This document shows positions 1 to 10,885 of a stretch of 64,000 nt of DNA, in pieces. Source of the stretch: an uncultured Hyphomicrobiaceae bacterium (lineage in GTDB: Bacteria > Pseudomonadota > Alphaproteobacteria > Rhizobiales > CALHAX01); assembly GCA_937931785.1 (NCBI GenBank), contig CALHAX010000105.1, positions 30,701 to 94,700 of the forward strand, in the 5' to 3' direction. Below the pieces are notes generated by a model. That model did no database searches and was not told the origin of the DNA. It saw only the letters and a program-made list of their open reading frames with translations. The number at the start of each line of letters is the position of its first letter. The first letter of the stretch is position 1. Position numbers and translations under genes: made by a program.

Positions 1-1039
1 TCACCCCGGTTTTTTCAAACGTTCCGCGCCCCAGTCTCTCAGCGCAATCGCCACGAGCACAGGCGCCGAGCTAGCCGAAGGCCATGATAGCGAGCGCACG
101 CTCGCAGACGTGCGGCCTCTGGATGCTGCAGAACCGGATCATCTATCGTTCTTTGACAACCGCAAATATCTGGCGAAGCTCAAGGAGACAACAGCGGGCG
201 CTTGTCTGATCGCCGCCAAGGATGCCGAACATCTTCCGGCGGGCGTCACGCCTGTTCTAACCAACACGCCGTATCATGCGTACGCACACGCACTCATGTT
301 GTTTTATCCCGACGCGGCACGCTCGCTGACAGCAGGTCCTACGAGAAGCACCTCGACAGCGCCGGTCAGTCCTGACGCAACGATTGAAGAGGGTGCAATC
401 ATCGAAACGGGTGCCACGATTGCAGCAGGTGCCGTCATTGGCTCCGGCACACGCATCTGCTCCGGCGCATTCATCGGTTATCGTGTCCACATCGGCCGTA
501 ACGGCTACATCGGGCCGAACGCCTCCCTCATTCACGCGCTTGTCGGCGACGACGTTGTCATCCACCAGGGGGCGCAAATCGGACAAGACGGTTTTGGCTT
601 CGCCATGGGCGCCGCTGGCCATTTGCGCGTTCCTCAAATCGGGCGTGTCATCATTCAGGATCATGTCGATATCGGTGCGAACACCTGCATTGATCGTGGT
701 GCTCTTAACGACACCATCATCGGGGAGGGCACGAAGATCGACAATCTGGTACAGATTGGGCACAACGTCGTGACAGGGCGTCATTGTGTGATCGTGGCAC
801 AAGTTGGTATTTCGGGCAGCACGTCTTTGGGGGATTATGTGGTGATGGGTGGTCAGTCTGCCACGATTGGTCACAACCACATCGGAACCGGAGCACAAAT
901 CGCGGCCCAGTCGGGGATTAAATCTGAAATTCCACCGGGCGGTGTTTATGGTGGAACGCCGGCTCGCCCAATCAAGGAATTCGCGCGCGAAGTTGCCGCG
1001 CTCAAACGACTTGCCAGGTCTCGAAAGACCAAAGGTTAG
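1..1039 (+). CDS. lpxD: UDP-3-O-acylglucosamine N-acyltransferase LpxD; the 5' end lies outside the window
   Basis: The frame of ORF 110..1039 stays open back to base 2, so the N-terminus is cut by the window edge. Hexapeptide-repeat beta-helix sequence ([34 protein letters not shown]). Followed by fabZ-lpxA as in the canonical lipid A cluster. Confidence 0.9.
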   Translation, partial: HPGFFKRSAPQSLSAIATSTGAELAEGHDSERTLADVRPLDAAEPDHLSFFDNRKYLAKLKETTAGACLIAAKDAEHLPAGVTPVLTNTPYHAYAHALMLFYPDAARSLTAGPTRSTSTAPVSPDATIEEGAIIETGATIAAGAVIGSGTRICSGAFIGYRVHIGRNGYIGPNASLIHALVGDDVVIHQGAQIGQDGFGFAMGAAGHLRVPQIGRVIIQDHVDIGANTCIDRGALNDTIIGEGTKIDNLVQIGHNVVTGRHCVIVAQVGISGSTSLGDYVVMGGQSATIGHNHIGTGAQIAAQSGIKSEIPPGGVYGGTPARPIKEFAREVAALKRLARSRKTKG

Positions 1040-1122
1040 AGAACAGACATGTGGGCAGGTTTGTGCAGACCACGCTCAAGAAACAGACACACCGGCGCGC
1101 ACCCCGGAACAACGAGACGTAC

Positions 1123-1590
1123 ATGGAACAAAAGACCGAACTTGGGACTGCCGATATCAATCGCGTCCTCAAATTGCTGCCACATCGATATCCATTTCTT
1201 CTGATCGATCGGATCGAGCAGATGGACGGAGATAATTCCGGCGTCGGCATCAAGAATGTCACGATGAACGAGCCGTTCTTTCAGGGTCACTTTCCAGGCT
1301 TCCCCATCATGCCAGGCGTTCTCCTGGTCGAGGGTATGGCTCAAACGGCAGGGGCGCTTTGCGTTGCAAACGTTGGTGAGGATTTCAAACCTCCGATCGT
1401 CTATTTCATGGGGATTGATCGTGCAAAGTTCCGAAAGCCTGTCGTGCCGGGGGATACTGTTCATTTCCATGTGAAAAAAATTCGTGGCCGTGGCATGACG
1501 TGGCGCTTTGGATGCGAAGCGAGGGTGAACGATGCCCGCGTTGCAGAAGCTGAAATCAGCGCCATGCTGGTAGAGAACGTCGGTCAATGA
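1123..1590 (+). CDS. fabZ: 3-hydroxyacyl-ACP dehydratase FabZ
   Basis: [13 protein letters not shown]...[29 protein letters not shown] is the classic FabZ hot-dog signature. I chose the ATG at 1123 (MEQKTEL) rather than the GTG at 1051. Confidence 0.93.
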   Translation: MEQKTELGTADINRVLKLLPHRYPFLLIDRIEQMDGDNSGVGIKNVTMNEPFFQGHFPGFPIMPGVLLVEGMAQTAGALCVANVGEDFKPPIVYFMGIDRAKFRKPVVPGDTVHFHVKKIRGRGMTWRFGCEARVNDARVAEAEISAMLVENVGQ

Positions 1591-2375
1591 ACAACATACA
1601 TCCAAGCGCAGTTGTTGAAGACGGCGCAACTCTCGGGGCGAACGTTACCGTTGGTCCTTTCTGCCATGTGGGCCCCGAAGTCGCATTGGCAGATGACGTG
1701 AATTTGCACGCCCATGTCGTCGTTACGGGCCAGACGTCTGTCGGAGCCCGCACAACCATTTTCCCATTCGCGTCGATCGGGCATGCGCCACAGGATCTAA
1801 AATTCTCAGGAGAAAAAAGTTCCCTTGTTGTTGGTGAAGACAACACCATTCGCGAACATGTAACTATGAACCCTGGCACCGAAGGTGGCGGCCTGGTGAC
1901 CACGGTCGGCTCCAGATGTCTTTTCATGGCCGGTTCACACGTTGCGCATGATTGCGTGATCGGGAACAACGTGATCTTTGCGAATAACGCTACAGCGGCG
2001 GGGCACTGCAGCGTTGCCGACTATGCAATTCTCGGTGGACTCAGTGGTTTGCATCAGTTCGTCCGAATTGGCGAACACGCGTTTATTGGTGGAATGTCCG
2101 GAATTGAAAATGATGTCATTCCATTTGGTATGGCTATTGGCAATCGCGCATATCTTTCGGGATTGAATATCGTCGGTTTGAAACGCCAGGGCTTCGAGCG
2201 TGAATCGATCCACGATCTCCGCAAGGCGTATCGGCTGCTGTTCGCTACTGAGGGCACGCTGCGTGAACGTGTGGAAGACGTCGACAAGATGTTCGGTACC
2301 GATCCGGGGGTAAAAAAGATCCTCGATTTCATTCGTACCGACTCTGATCGCTCACTCTGCGTTCCCGCAGCCTGA
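1587..2375 (+). CDS. lpxA: Acyl-ACP--UDP-N-acetylglucosamine O-acyltransferase LpxA
   Basis: 262 aa. N-terminal [26 protein letters not shown] hexapeptide repeats plus the LpxA-type C-terminal helical domain. ATGA overlap with the fabZ stop. Confidence 0.93.
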   Translation: MNNIHPSAVVEDGATLGANVTVGPFCHVGPEVALADDVNLHAHVVVTGQTSVGARTTIFPFASIGHAPQDLKFSGEKSSLVVGEDNTIREHVTMNPGTEGGGLVTTVGSRCLFMAGSHVAHDCVIGNNVIFANNATAAGHCSVADYAILGGLSGLHQFVRIGEHAFIGGMSGIENDVIPFGMAIGNRAYLSGLNIVGLKRQGFERESIHDLRKAYRLLFATEGTLRERVEDVDKMFGTDPGVKKILDFIRTDSDRSLCVPAA

Positions 2376-2392
2376 TCGGAATACGGGACGCT

Positions 2393-3268
2393 ATGTCTGC
2401 TGCACACGACATCTCTGCGATGCCTGGTGGTCCCTTGAGTATCGGCATTCTGGCCGGGGGAGGGGCGTTGCCGCGCCTGGTTGCGGAAAGTGCCATTGCA
2501 GATGGGCACAAGGTGCACATTGTGGGCGTTGAGGGAGAAGCCGGGACGAATATCTCTGCCTTTCCCCATGACTGGATGAAGTGGGGGCAGGTCGGACGCA
2601 TGTTCGGCCACTTCCACGCTGCAGGCTGCACAGACATCGTCATTATCGGTTCGGTGAAACGACCGGATTTGAAGAAAATCCGTATCGATCTCGGGGCTAT
2701 TCGCAGCCTCCCGACGCTGTTGGGCATTCTGGCAGGGGGCGACGACGCGATCTTGAGCGGTATCGTCAGTGTATTCGAGAAAAATGGTCTGCGCATCCGT
2801 GGCGCCCATGAGATCGCACCAACGTTGCTTGCAGAAGAAGGTTTGCTCGCTGGACCGGAACCATCGGAAGCGGACTATGCGGACATCGACAAGGGAATGG
2901 CCGTACTCAAGGCGCTCGGGGGACATGACGTCGGGCAGGGTGTGGTGGTTGCAAAGCGCTATGTCCTGGGGATTGAAGCCGCTGAAGGAACTGACGAGCT
3001 CTTGCGGCGCAGCGGCGATCTGCGTCAGTGGGGAAATAGCTGGCTCCAACGCAAACGTGTTGGCGTTCTCGTTAAGACACCGAAGCCTGGACAGGAATTG
3101 CGCGTTGACATGCCAACTGTCGGTCCACAAACCATTCGCCTGATCGTAGATGCAGGGTTGAGTGGATTGGCGATTACAGCGCATCGTGTCCTGCTCGTTG
3201 ATCGAGCCGAAACGTATCGCATCGCCAATGACGCTGGCGTTTTTATTCTTGGGATGAACGACCCTTAG
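2393..3268 (+). CDS. lpxI: UDP-2,3-diacylglucosamine pyrophosphatase LpxI (DUF1009 family)
   Basis: 291 aa with N-terminal LSIGILAGGGALPRLV. It occupies the lpxA-lpxB slot that holds LpxI in alphaproteobacteria lacking LpxH. Confidence 0.8.
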   Translation: MSAAHDISAMPGGPLSIGILAGGGALPRLVAESAIADGHKVHIVGVEGEAGTNISAFPHDWMKWGQVGRMFGHFHAAGCTDIVIIGSVKRPDLKKIRIDLGAIRSLPTLLGILAGGDDAILSGIVSVFEKNGLRIRGAHEIAPTLLAEEGLLAGPEPSEADYADIDKGMAVLKALGGHDVGQGVVVAKRYVLGIEAAEGTDELLRRSGDLRQWGNSWLQRKRVGVLVKTPKPGQELRVDMPTVGPQTIRLIVDAGLSGLAITAHRVLLVDRAETYRIANDAGVFILGMNDP

Positions 3269-3373
3269 GCATCCCGGAATCGGATTTCCGCATGTGCTGG
3301 CCGTTTTGCACGGTTCCATGCGCTACGACGTTTCCATGTCATCGGGAAACCTCCTAGGATCACACAGAGCGCG

Positions 3374-4675
3374 ATGACGAACCAATACAAGACAACCGTC
3401 GAATTCATGGATGCTGCAATGTCAAACACGCAAGCCGCACACACGCGCGTTGCAATCATCGCTGGTGAACATTCGGGGGATCACCTCGGTGGCGCGTTGA
3501 TGCGGGCGCTCCAGACTTTGGCGGTGCGTGGCGTGATCAAGCCAATGTCGTTTATCGGTGTTGGCGGCGAAGACATGGCCGCAGCAGGATTGAAATCTCT
3601 ATTCCCGCTGGAAGATGTTGCTGTTATGGGGCCGGTTGCGATCGCCGCCAGGCTTCCGATAATAGTGCGTCGGGTGTACCAGACCGTCGACCACATCATC
3701 GCGAACAAGCCGGACGTCCTGATCATCATCGACAGCCCGGAGTTCACCCATCCGATCGCAAAGCGTGTTCGCGCGCGCGCGCCCGACATACCAATTATCG
3801 ACTACGTTTCGCCGTCCATCTGGGCCTGGCGTCCGGGGCGCGCGAAAAAGATGCGCAGTTACGTCGATCATGTTCTCGGACTTCTACCGTTTGAACCGAA
3901 GGCCCATGCCGACCTGGGGGGGCCACCATGTACATACGTCGGACATCCGCTTTCCGAAAAGATCGACGAGATGCGCCGTATCTCGACACAGCAACTTGAA
4001 CTGCAACTTCAACTACGTCCGGGCAAACCCGTGCTTGTCGTGTTGCCTGGAAGCCGGACGAGTGAAGTCAAACGTTTGATGCCGTCTTTCGCAGCGACGA
4101 TCGACCGTATGCTGGCATCCGGTGCAGATTTCGAAACCGTGATCCCGGCATTGCCGCACGTCCGCCCACTCATCGATGCCGAGCTCCGCAAGACCGGTGT
4201 ACCGGTTTACGTTGTCGAAGGAGCAGATTTCAAGTTCCAGACATTTCGTCTTGCGACATGTGCACTGGCCGCATCAGGCACTGTCAGTCTGGAACTTGCA
4301 TTGATGCAGACGCCAATGGTGATCGCCTACAAGGTTGATGCAGTGGCCGCACAAATTCGTCCCTTCATAACGGCGAATTCGATCGTGTTACCGAACCTGA
4401 TCCTGGAAAAGAATGTGATCCCCGAATTCATCCAGCAGGAGTGCACGCCGGACAAGATGACGCCCGCAACGCTGGCTCTGATCCGTCAGGAAAAGGAATA
4501 CCAGGCGCAAAAGGCAGCATTCTTCGAGATTGATAACCGCATGCGTTTGCCAGACGGGCGCAAACCGAGTGAAGCCGCTGCAACCGTCGTGGCGCACTAT
4601 CTGCAAAATGGTCGTGGTGCAGTGCCCAGTCTTCAGGACAACGCTGCACCACGTCAGGCTTCTCAGCCGCGCTGA
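3374..4675 (+). CDS. lpxB: Lipid-A-disaccharide synthase LpxB
   Basis: [19 protein letters not shown]-terminal motif, GT-B fold length, and cluster context. The true start may be an internal ATG (about 3404-3419). The C-terminal tail overlaps the gltA 3' end. Confidence 0.88.
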   Translation: MTNQYKTTVEFMDAAMSNTQAAHTRVAIIAGEHSGDHLGGALMRALQTLAVRGVIKPMSFIGVGGEDMAAAGLKSLFPLEDVAVMGPVAIAARLPIIVRRVYQTVDHIIANKPDVLIIIDSPEFTHPIAKRVRARAPDIPIIDYVSPSIWAWRPGRAKKMRSYVDHVLGLLPFEPKAHADLGGPPCTYVGHPLSEKIDEMRRISTQQLELQLQLRPGKPVLVVLPGSRTSEVKRLMPSFAATIDRMLASGADFETVIPALPHVRPLIDAELRKTGVPVYVVEGADFKFQTFRLATCALAASGTVSLELALMQTPMVIAYKVDAVAAQIRPFITANSIVLPNLILEKNVIPEFIQQECTPDKMTPATLALIRQEKEYQAQKAAFFEIDNRMRLPDGRKPSEAAATVVAHYLQNGRGAVPSLQDNAAPRQASQPR

Positions 4676-5991
4676 TCAACCGTAACATAGTCCCGCTCTG
4701 TCGGCCCCGTGTAGAGCTGACGTGGACGGCCAATGCGATGGCTCGGATCCGTGATCATTTCCTGCCACTGGGCGATCCACCCCACGGTCCGGGCGACAGC
4801 AAACAACACTGTGAACATCGAGCTCGGGAATCCCATAGCGCGCAACGTGATGCCGGAATAGAAATCAATATTCGGGTAGAGTTTTTTCTCCACAAAGTAG
4901 TCGTCCTCAAGTGCAATGCGCTCAAGTTCCATGGCAACTTTCAGACGTGGAGCATCCTTGATGTCCAGCGTTTCAAGGACCTCATGACAGGTTTGCTGCA
5001 TGACCTTCGCACGCGGATCATAGTTCTTGTAGACCCGATGACCAAACCCCATCAGACGGAATGGATCAGACTTGTCTTTGGCGCGTTTCACGTACTCAGG
5101 GATGCGATCGACTGTGCCGATCTCCTCCAGCATGTTCAATGCTGCTTCATTGGCACCACCGTGCGCCGGCCCCCAGAGGCAGGCAATTCCAGCTGCAATG
5201 CACGCGAACGGGTTCGCCCCGGACGAGCCCGCAAGACGCACGGTCGATGTTGAGGCGTTCTGCTCGTGGTCCGCATGAAGGATCAGAATGCGATCCATGG
5301 CCCGGGCAAGAACCGGATTCACGTCGTAAGCTTCGCACGGTACAGCGAAACACATGTTGAGGAAGTTTGCCGAGTAGTCGAGATCGTTACGCGGATAGAT
5401 GAACGGTTGCCCGACGGAATACTTGTAAGCCATCGCCGCGATCGTCGGCATTTTCGCAATCATGCGATAGGACGCAACCATCCGCTGATGCTCGTCCTGA
5501 ATATCTGTGGAGTCGTGATAAAAAGCGGATAGCGCACCAACAACGCCGACCATAATCGCCATCGGATGCGCGTCGCGGCGGAACCCAGTGTAAAAACGAT
5601 ACATCTGTTCGTGCAGCATCGTGTGCTGCGTGACCCGTGCTTCGAAATCCTTGTATTCCTCGCGGGAAGGCAAATCGCCCCAAAGCAAGAGATAACAAGT
5701 CTCGAGGAATGTTCCCTGCTCGGCCAATTGATCGATTGGATATCCACGATACAGCAGCTCACCTTTGCCGCCGTCGATGTACGTGATCTTGGATTCGCAG
5801 CTCGCCGTCGACGTATAACCAGGATCATAAGTGAAGTGTCCCGATTGGCCGTACAACTTGCTGATATCTACGACATCGGGTCCAACAGTTCCTGAGCGCA
5901 CTGGCATGTCGTATGATTCAGAGCCAATCTCCACCCGCGCAGTTGCGCCTTCATTCGATGACGGGGTACTCGCAGGGGATGATCCGCTCAT
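4663..5991 (-). CDS. gltA: Citrate synthase (type II)
   Basis: 442 aa with [14 protein letters not shown] and [10 protein letters not shown] motifs. Confidence 0.95.
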   Translation of the reverse strand: MSGSSPASTPSSNEGATARVEIGSESYDMPVRSGTVGPDVVDISKLYGQSGHFTYDPGYTSTASCESKITYIDGGKGELLYRGYPIDQLAEQGTFLETCYLLLWGDLPSREEYKDFEARVTQHTMLHEQMYRFYTGFRRDAHPMAIMVGVVGALSAFYHDSTDIQDEHQRMVASYRMIAKMPTIAAMAYKYSVGQPFIYPRNDLDYSANFLNMCFAVPCEAYDVNPVLARAMDRILILHADHEQNASTSTVRLAGSSGANPFACIAAGIACLWGPAHGGANEAALNMLEEIGTVDRIPEYVKRAKDKSDPFRLMGFGHRVYKNYDPRAKVMQQTCHEVLETLDIKDAPRLKVAMELERIALEDDYFVEKKLYPNIDFYSGITLRAMGFPSSMFTVLFAVARTVGWIAQWQEMITDPSHRIGRPRQLYTGPTERDYVTVDQRG

Positions 5992-6179
5992 ATGTCGCTC
6001 CTTCAGGATTAAGGGGTTCTACGACCGTGGCGAGACCCGATAACTGGGTAAAACCATTTAATGGTTCCCGACGGCACGTAAAGGCTTTGGCATAGAGGTA
6101 TGGTGTAGCTGTTTTGCTGCACTGCGGCAAGCGTGCTAGCGCCGCCCGGGGCTCGCAATTGGTCGTATAAACGCGGACT

Positions 6180-7613
6180 TCAACTGCTTGTCACGTGACT
6201 TTGATCGCCAATACGGGCCAACGACTCCTCGCGTCCGAGCGCATAGAGACAATCAAAGATGCCCGGCGAGTTTGGTGTACCTGTCAACGCAGCCCGCAAG
6301 GGTTGGGCGATCTTGCCAAGACCAATCTCTGCTCCCTCGGCATAACTGCGCACAACGGCTTCAGTAGACTCTGTTGTCCAGTCTTCGAGCGTCTCAAACT
6401 GAGGTAGAATCGCAGTCAGGTGCGCCCGTCCTTCGTCTGTCAGCATTTTGGCGGCCTTGGCGTCGCACGCAATCGGGCGTTCGCTGAAAAGAAAGATGGC
6501 CTTCCCTACGAGATCAGGCAGGGTCTTCGCACGATCCTTTAACGCAGGCATGGCCCGAATGAACCGTTCCCGACGCACATCGTTGAATTCTGGCGCCTCA
6601 ACGTCCTTGAAGCCGCCATTTTCGAAAGATCGTTCGACAAGCGCAGCCAGTGCCACATCGTCCATCTCGCGAATGAAGTGTGCGTTCACGCTGTCGAGCT
6701 TGTCGAAGTCCAGGCGCGAGGGCGCACGGCCAATCGGATCGAGCGAGAACAGTTTGATCAACTCGTCTGTTTGAAAAATCTCCTGATCGCCGTGGCTCCA
6801 TCCTAGTCGCACAAGATAATTGTTCAGCGCCTCAGGCAGGTAACCCATTTCACGATAAGCCTCGATGCCCAACGCCCCGTGCCGTTTGGAGAGTTTCTTA
6901 CCATCCGGCCCATGGATAAGAGAGACATGCGCAAAGACCGGCAACGGCCAATCGAGCGCTTGAAAAATCAAAGCCTGCCGCGCGGCATTGTTGAGATGAT
7001 CATCGCCGCGAATGACATGCGTGATCCCCATGTCATGATCATCAACCACGACGGAGAGCATGTAGGTCGGCGAACCGTCGCTCCGCAGCAGAATCAGATC
7101 ATCGAGGTTTTCATTCTGAAAGACGACACGCCCCTGAATGACATCATCAATCACGGTTTCGCCTTCGAGCGGCGCTTTCAGTCGGATAGACGGTGCGACA
7201 CCATCTGGTGCTTCAGATGGATCGCGATCACGCCAGGTTCCGTCATAGGCCCGCTGTCGCCCTTCCGCTTTGGCCGTCTCGCGCATGACCTCCAGCTCTT
7301 CAGGAGAACAGTAGCACCGGTAAGCACGTCCGCTATCCAGCATCTGCTGGGCAATGTCCCGGTGTCGGTCGGCTTGCGCATGTTGGTACGTTGGCGGAGC
7401 ATCGGGTGTCAGGCCGAGCCAGTCCAGACCATCGAGGATCGCGTCGACGGCTGCTTCATTGGAGCGCGCACGATCCGTATCCTCTATCCGCAACAGGTAG
7501 CGTCCGCCATTGGCGCGCGCAAACAACCAGTTGAACAGTGCGGTTCTGGCACCGCCGATGTGGAGGAAGCCGGTTGGGGAGGGTGCAAAGCGGGTCACGA
7601 CCTCGGCGGGCAT
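6180..7613 (-). CDS. gltX: Glutamyl-tRNA synthetase
   Basis: [25 protein letters not shown] (HIGH) and KLSKRHGA (KMSKS). I chose the start at the MPAEV ATG (7613); the ORF extends to 7670. Confidence 0.93.
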   Translation of the reverse strand: MPAEVVTRFAPSPTGFLHIGGARTALFNWLFARANGGRYLLRIEDTDRARSNEAAVDAILDGLDWLGLTPDAPPTYQHAQADRHRDIAQQMLDSGRAYRCYCSPEELEVMRETAKAEGRQRAYDGTWRDRDPSEAPDGVAPSIRLKAPLEGETVIDDVIQGRVVFQNENLDDLILLRSDGSPTYMLSVVVDDHDMGITHVIRGDDHLNNAARQALIFQALDWPLPVFAHVSLIHGPDGKKLSKRHGALGIEAYREMGYLPEALNNYLVRLGWSHGDQEIFQTDELIKLFSLDPIGRAPSRLDFDKLDSVNAHFIREMDDVALAALVERSFENGGFKDVEAPEFNDVRRERFIRAMPALKDRAKTLPDLVGKAIFLFSERPIACDAKAAKMLTDEGRAHLTAILPQFETLEDWTTESTEAVVRSYAEGAEIGLGKIAQPLRAALTGTPNSPGIFDCLYALGREESLARIGDQSHVTSS

Positions 7614-7642
7614 CGCCAGACCTCGTGTGTTGTGTGAGTGAG

Positions 7643-7657
7643 GAACAGAATATGAAC
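7643..7657. promoter_or_regulatory. Candidate LexA operator (SOS box), GAAC-N7-GAAC
   Basis: GAACagaatatGAAC read directly from the sequence. It lies in the 85-bp divergent spacer between the gltX and comEC start codons. Confidence 0.5.
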
Positions 7658-7698
7658 CGGGCCTTAGCATACTGCCTGACAGCGCGATAGGGCAGGTT

Positions 7699-9996
7699 AT
7701 GCGAACGATTCATCACTGGGCTTCACGCGTGCGGCGAACCGTCGAACGACTGAAGCAACAGCGGAAGAACCGATCGTTCAGGCCACACGTGACAGATGCT
7801 GGAGCGACCACGCATCGAACTTGGGGACTGAGTACTCTGGACCGGGAACGCGAGCGCTGGTTCCTCTGGGTTCCGGTGTTCTTTGGGGCAGGCATTGGAC
7901 TGTTCTTTGCCTTACCACATGATCCACCGCTCACACGAACGCTCGCGGCTCTCGTTGCCGCCATAGCTCTGCAGCGCGTGTTCCGGCGCGGCGTCCTGAT
8001 GCCTGCACTCATAGGTGCGACCTTGTGCATGCTCGCCGGCATGATGGCAGGAACCCTGCGAGCCGAATGGACGCGCGCACCTGTGCTGAACACCGAAATC
8101 ACGGCTCGAATGGCTGCCGGATTCATCGAGGCACTGGAGCCGCGACTGCCGAAAGGGGCCCGCATCACAATGCGTTTGCGTGCCCTTCAGGGTGTATCTT
8201 CTGCGGAAAGGCCTGAGCGCATACGATTTGTATGGGCCGGCACAACAGACCTCCGGGTCGGGGATGCCATAACGGTGCGCCTGTCACTCCGCCCACCACC
8301 AACCCCTGTCCGCCCAGGAGGCTATGATTTCGCGCGCCGTGCCTGGTTCAAGCGCATTGGTGCCGTCGGATTTGCCGTCGCCGAACCGAAACGCTCACGA
8401 ACACTCCCCACCAAACCGGACTTCCTCGGGTTTCGTACATGGCTTGGCAACATTCGCTCAAGCATCGCACACCGGGTCGAGACGCAAGTGCCGGGAGACG
8501 CTGGGGCAATCATCAATGCGTTGATTATCGGACAAAGAGGGAAGGTTCCGGAGGAAAAGCTTGACCACTTGAGGCGCTCAGGATTGTCGCACATGCTTGC
8601 GATCTCGGGCCTGCACATGGCCATGATCGCCGGGGCACTCTTCTGGCTCTTGCGCGGAGGTCTTGCGGCAATTCCGCACTTCGCGCTCAACTGGAGGATA
8701 AAGAAGGGTGCTGCTATCACGGCACTCCTTGGTGGCATACTCTATCTCGCCGTGTCGGGGGCTTCTGTCGCAACCCAGCGCGCGGCTATCATGATTGGTC
8801 TGATGCTCGTCGCCATCCTTCTTGATAGACCGGCCCTCAGTTTGCGTAATGTCGCGCTTGCAGCCCTGATCATCCTCGCCATCGCCCCGGAAAATCTTCT
8901 GGAAATTGGCTTCCAGATGTCGTTTGCGGCGGTCGCAGCTTTGGTGTCGTTTTATGAGTGGTGGCAGGCGCGGCAGGATCAGAACCAGGTGATCCGAAGT
9001 CAACTGATTACCAATCCCATCGCACTTGCGGCACTGCGTGGAAGCCGGAATATGATCGGCGGCACCTTGATGACAACACTCATCGCCGGCATCGCCGTCG
9101 CGCCTTTCGGTGCCTTTCACTTCCACAAGATTGCGCAATTCAGCCTGCTCGCCAACCTGCTGGCCATGCCGGTGTTCACAGTGCTTGTCATGCCCATGGC
9201 CCTCGTAACGCTCCTCACGCTGCCGTTTGGGTTAGAGGGGGGCAGCCTGAACATTATGGCGTGGGGTGTCGAGGCGGTCAGTGATGTTGCCGCCTGGGTG
9301 GCTCTGCAACCTGATGCCGTGCGGACCACACCTGAAATGCCGATGGTGGCATTCCTCGCAATGATCATTGGCGGTCTCTGGTTTTGTCTGTGGAGGCAAC
9401 GTTGGCGCATATTGGGGGTAATCCCGATGGCACTTGGTGCGACCCTTTCGGCCGGGACCGTTCCACCGGATCTTTTAATCGCTCGTGAAGGTGCGCTGAT
9501 CGCAGCCCGCACAGACGGTCAGCTTCTGAGTGGATCGCCGGGCCGGGCCGGGGCATTCGAGCTGGCACGATGGCTAGAGGCGGATGGAGACAAGCGAGCA
9601 GCGGACACCATTGTCCGCGGCGCCGGTTTCAGATGTGATGCCGCAGGCTGCACGACACAGATTGGTGACGTTGTTGTTGCCATGCCGCGCGCACCACAGA
9701 ATATAGATGATGATTGTCGCAAGGCCGACATTGTCATCCTGATATTTGATCAGGTGCATCCCTGTCCGTCGGCACGCCTCGTGATCGATCGCGCCGATCT
9801 GCGTCGGGAAGGCGTGCATGCCGTGACCATTCGACCGGGTGGCGCCATCACCGTCAAGACGGTCGAACAGCTTCGCGGCACGCGGCCATGGACACGCTCA
9901 GGACAGGTGCAGAGGCAGGGGCAGGGGCAGGAAAACACAAGACGACGCCACACTGATGTGCCGCGCCGTCCGGGAAACAGATCCAAAGATCAATAG
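7699..9996 (+). CDS. comEC: ComEC/Rec2 family competence-type inner membrane channel protein
   Basis: 765 aa and polytopic. Competence-domain motif [17 protein letters not shown]. The gltX-comEC-lexA neighbourhood is typical of Rhizobiales. The 3' end overlaps the lexA 3' end by 7 nt. Confidence 0.85.
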   Translation: MRTIHHWASRVRRTVERLKQQRKNRSFRPHVTDAGATTHRTWGLSTLDRERERWFLWVPVFFGAGIGLFFALPHDPPLTRTLAALVAAIALQRVFRRGVLMPALIGATLCMLAGMMAGTLRAEWTRAPVLNTEITARMAAGFIEALEPRLPKGARITMRLRALQGVSSAERPERIRFVWAGTTDLRVGDAITVRLSLRPPPTPVRPGGYDFARRAWFKRIGAVGFAVAEPKRSRTLPTKPDFLGFRTWLGNIRSSIAHRVETQVPGDAGAIINALIIGQRGKVPEEKLDHLRRSGLSHMLAISGLHMAMIAGALFWLLRGGLAAIPHFALNWRIKKGAAITALLGGILYLAVSGASVATQRAAIMIGLMLVAILLDRPALSLRNVALAALIILAIAPENLLEIGFQMSFAAVAALVSFYEWWQARQDQNQVIRSQLITNPIALAALRGSRNMIGGTLMTTLIAGIAVAPFGAFHFHKIAQFSLLANLLAMPVFTVLVMPMALVTLLTLPFGLEGGSLNIMAWGVEAVSDVAAWVALQPDAVRTTPEMPMVAFLAMIIGGLWFCLWRQRWRILGVIPMALGATLSAGTVPPDLLIAREGALIAARTDGQLLSGSPGRAGAFELARWLEADGDKRAADTIVRGAGFRCDAAGCTTQIGDVVVAMPRAPQNIDDDCRKADIVILIFDQVHPCPSARLVIDRADLRREGVHAVTIRPGGAITVKTVEQLRGTRPWTRSGQVQRQGQGQENTRRRHTDVPRRPGNRSKDQ

Positions 9997-10730
9997 CGTC
10001 GGATCAACCCGACAAGTACACCTTGAACATCCACACGATCGGGGCCGAAAATACGCGTTTCATAAGCTTCGTTCGCGGCTTCCAGTGCAACCTGATCGCC
10101 CTTCTTGCGGAGTCGTTTGAGGGTAGCTTCTTCCTGGTCGACGAGCGCAACAACAATATCACCATTGGTGGCCGTGCTGGCCTTTCGGATGATCACAAGA
10201 TCACCATCGTGAATGCCCGCGTCGATCATTGAGTCGCCCTTGACCTCCAGAGCGTAGTGCTCGCCACGGGAAATAAGGTCCGGAGGAACATCCACATCGC
10301 GGGTGTGGTCCTGGATAGCGGAGATCGGCACACCCGCTGCAATCCGGCCCATCAACGGCACGGAGACGCCAAAATCATGCCCCTCAATGCGTTCCACGTT
10401 CCGTTCCGGCCGTCCGCCTGATCCCTCAATCACACTTGGTGTAAACCCTGTCCGTCGACTCATGGCCGCTCCTCCTGTTTCAGCGCCCTGACGCTCAACA
10501 GATCCATGTTCAATGGACTCGGGCAGTTTTAAAATTTCCAGTGCACGGGCCCGATGCGGGAGGCGGCGGATAAAGCCACGCTCCTCAAGGGCCGTAATCA
10601 ACCGATGAATTCCGGATTTCGACTTGAGATCCAACGCAGTTTTCATTTCATCAAACGACGGCGGCACCCCTGTGGCGGTTAGCCTTTGATGAATGAATTC
10701 CAGCAGATCACGTTGCTTGGGTGTCAGCAT
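9990..10730 (-). CDS. lexA: LexA repressor
   Basis: [13 protein letters not shown] wHTH N-terminus, a long alphaproteobacterial linker, and an S24 peptidase C-terminus ([19 protein letters not shown] ... LKRLRKKG). Confidence 0.93.
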   Translation of the reverse strand: MLTPKQRDLLEFIHQRLTATGVPPSFDEMKTALDLKSKSGIHRLITALEERGFIRRLPHRARALEILKLPESIEHGSVERQGAETGGAAMSRRTGFTPSVIEGSGGRPERNVERIEGHDFGVSVPLMGRIAAGVPISAIQDHTRDVDVPPDLISRGEHYALEVKGDSMIDAGIHDGDLVIIRKASTATNGDIVVALVDQEEATLKRLRKKGDQVALEAANEAYETRIFGPDRVDVQGVLVGLIRRY

Positions 10731-10810
10731 GTCAGCTCCAATGCGAAAGACGAGCGCCACCGCGCCCACCAACCAGACGACTCACCGTACAAACCAAGAA
10801 CACTCTAGAT

Positions 10811-10825
10811 GTTCCTGTGTTGTTC
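10811..10825. promoter_or_regulatory. LexA operator (SOS box), GTTC-N7-GTTC, upstream of lexA
   Basis: GTTCctgtgttGTTC lies about 80 nt upstream of the lexA ATG, with an adjacent GAAC at 10798-10801. It matches the published alphaproteobacterial direct-repeat operator. Confidence 0.7.
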
Positions 10826-10885
10826 CGCAAGTGCGCATTGTCAATTCGAAACATTTCAAAGCCTGCTCAGGCCATGCCCGCAGTT

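Noticed and set aside
2054-3319. A 421-aa ORF on the minus strand, antisense to lpxA and lpxI. Similar long antisense ORFs occur at 13717..14952 (411 aa) and 45305..46321 (338 aa).
   Set aside because: Each lies entirely opposite a gene with strong family signatures. Their translations are Arg/Cys/His-rich and low in complexity with no recognisable motifs. Long stop-free antisense frames are expected in GC-rich DNA.
9914-9931. A (GGCAGG)x3 microrepeat, along with other short simple repeats such as poly-A(9) at about 23033-23041.
   Set aside because: They are too short to be CRISPR or VNTR arrays. The first simply encodes QGQGQ in the ComEC tail and the second sits in a short intergenic spacer. 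There is no spacer-repeat architecture anywhere in the window.
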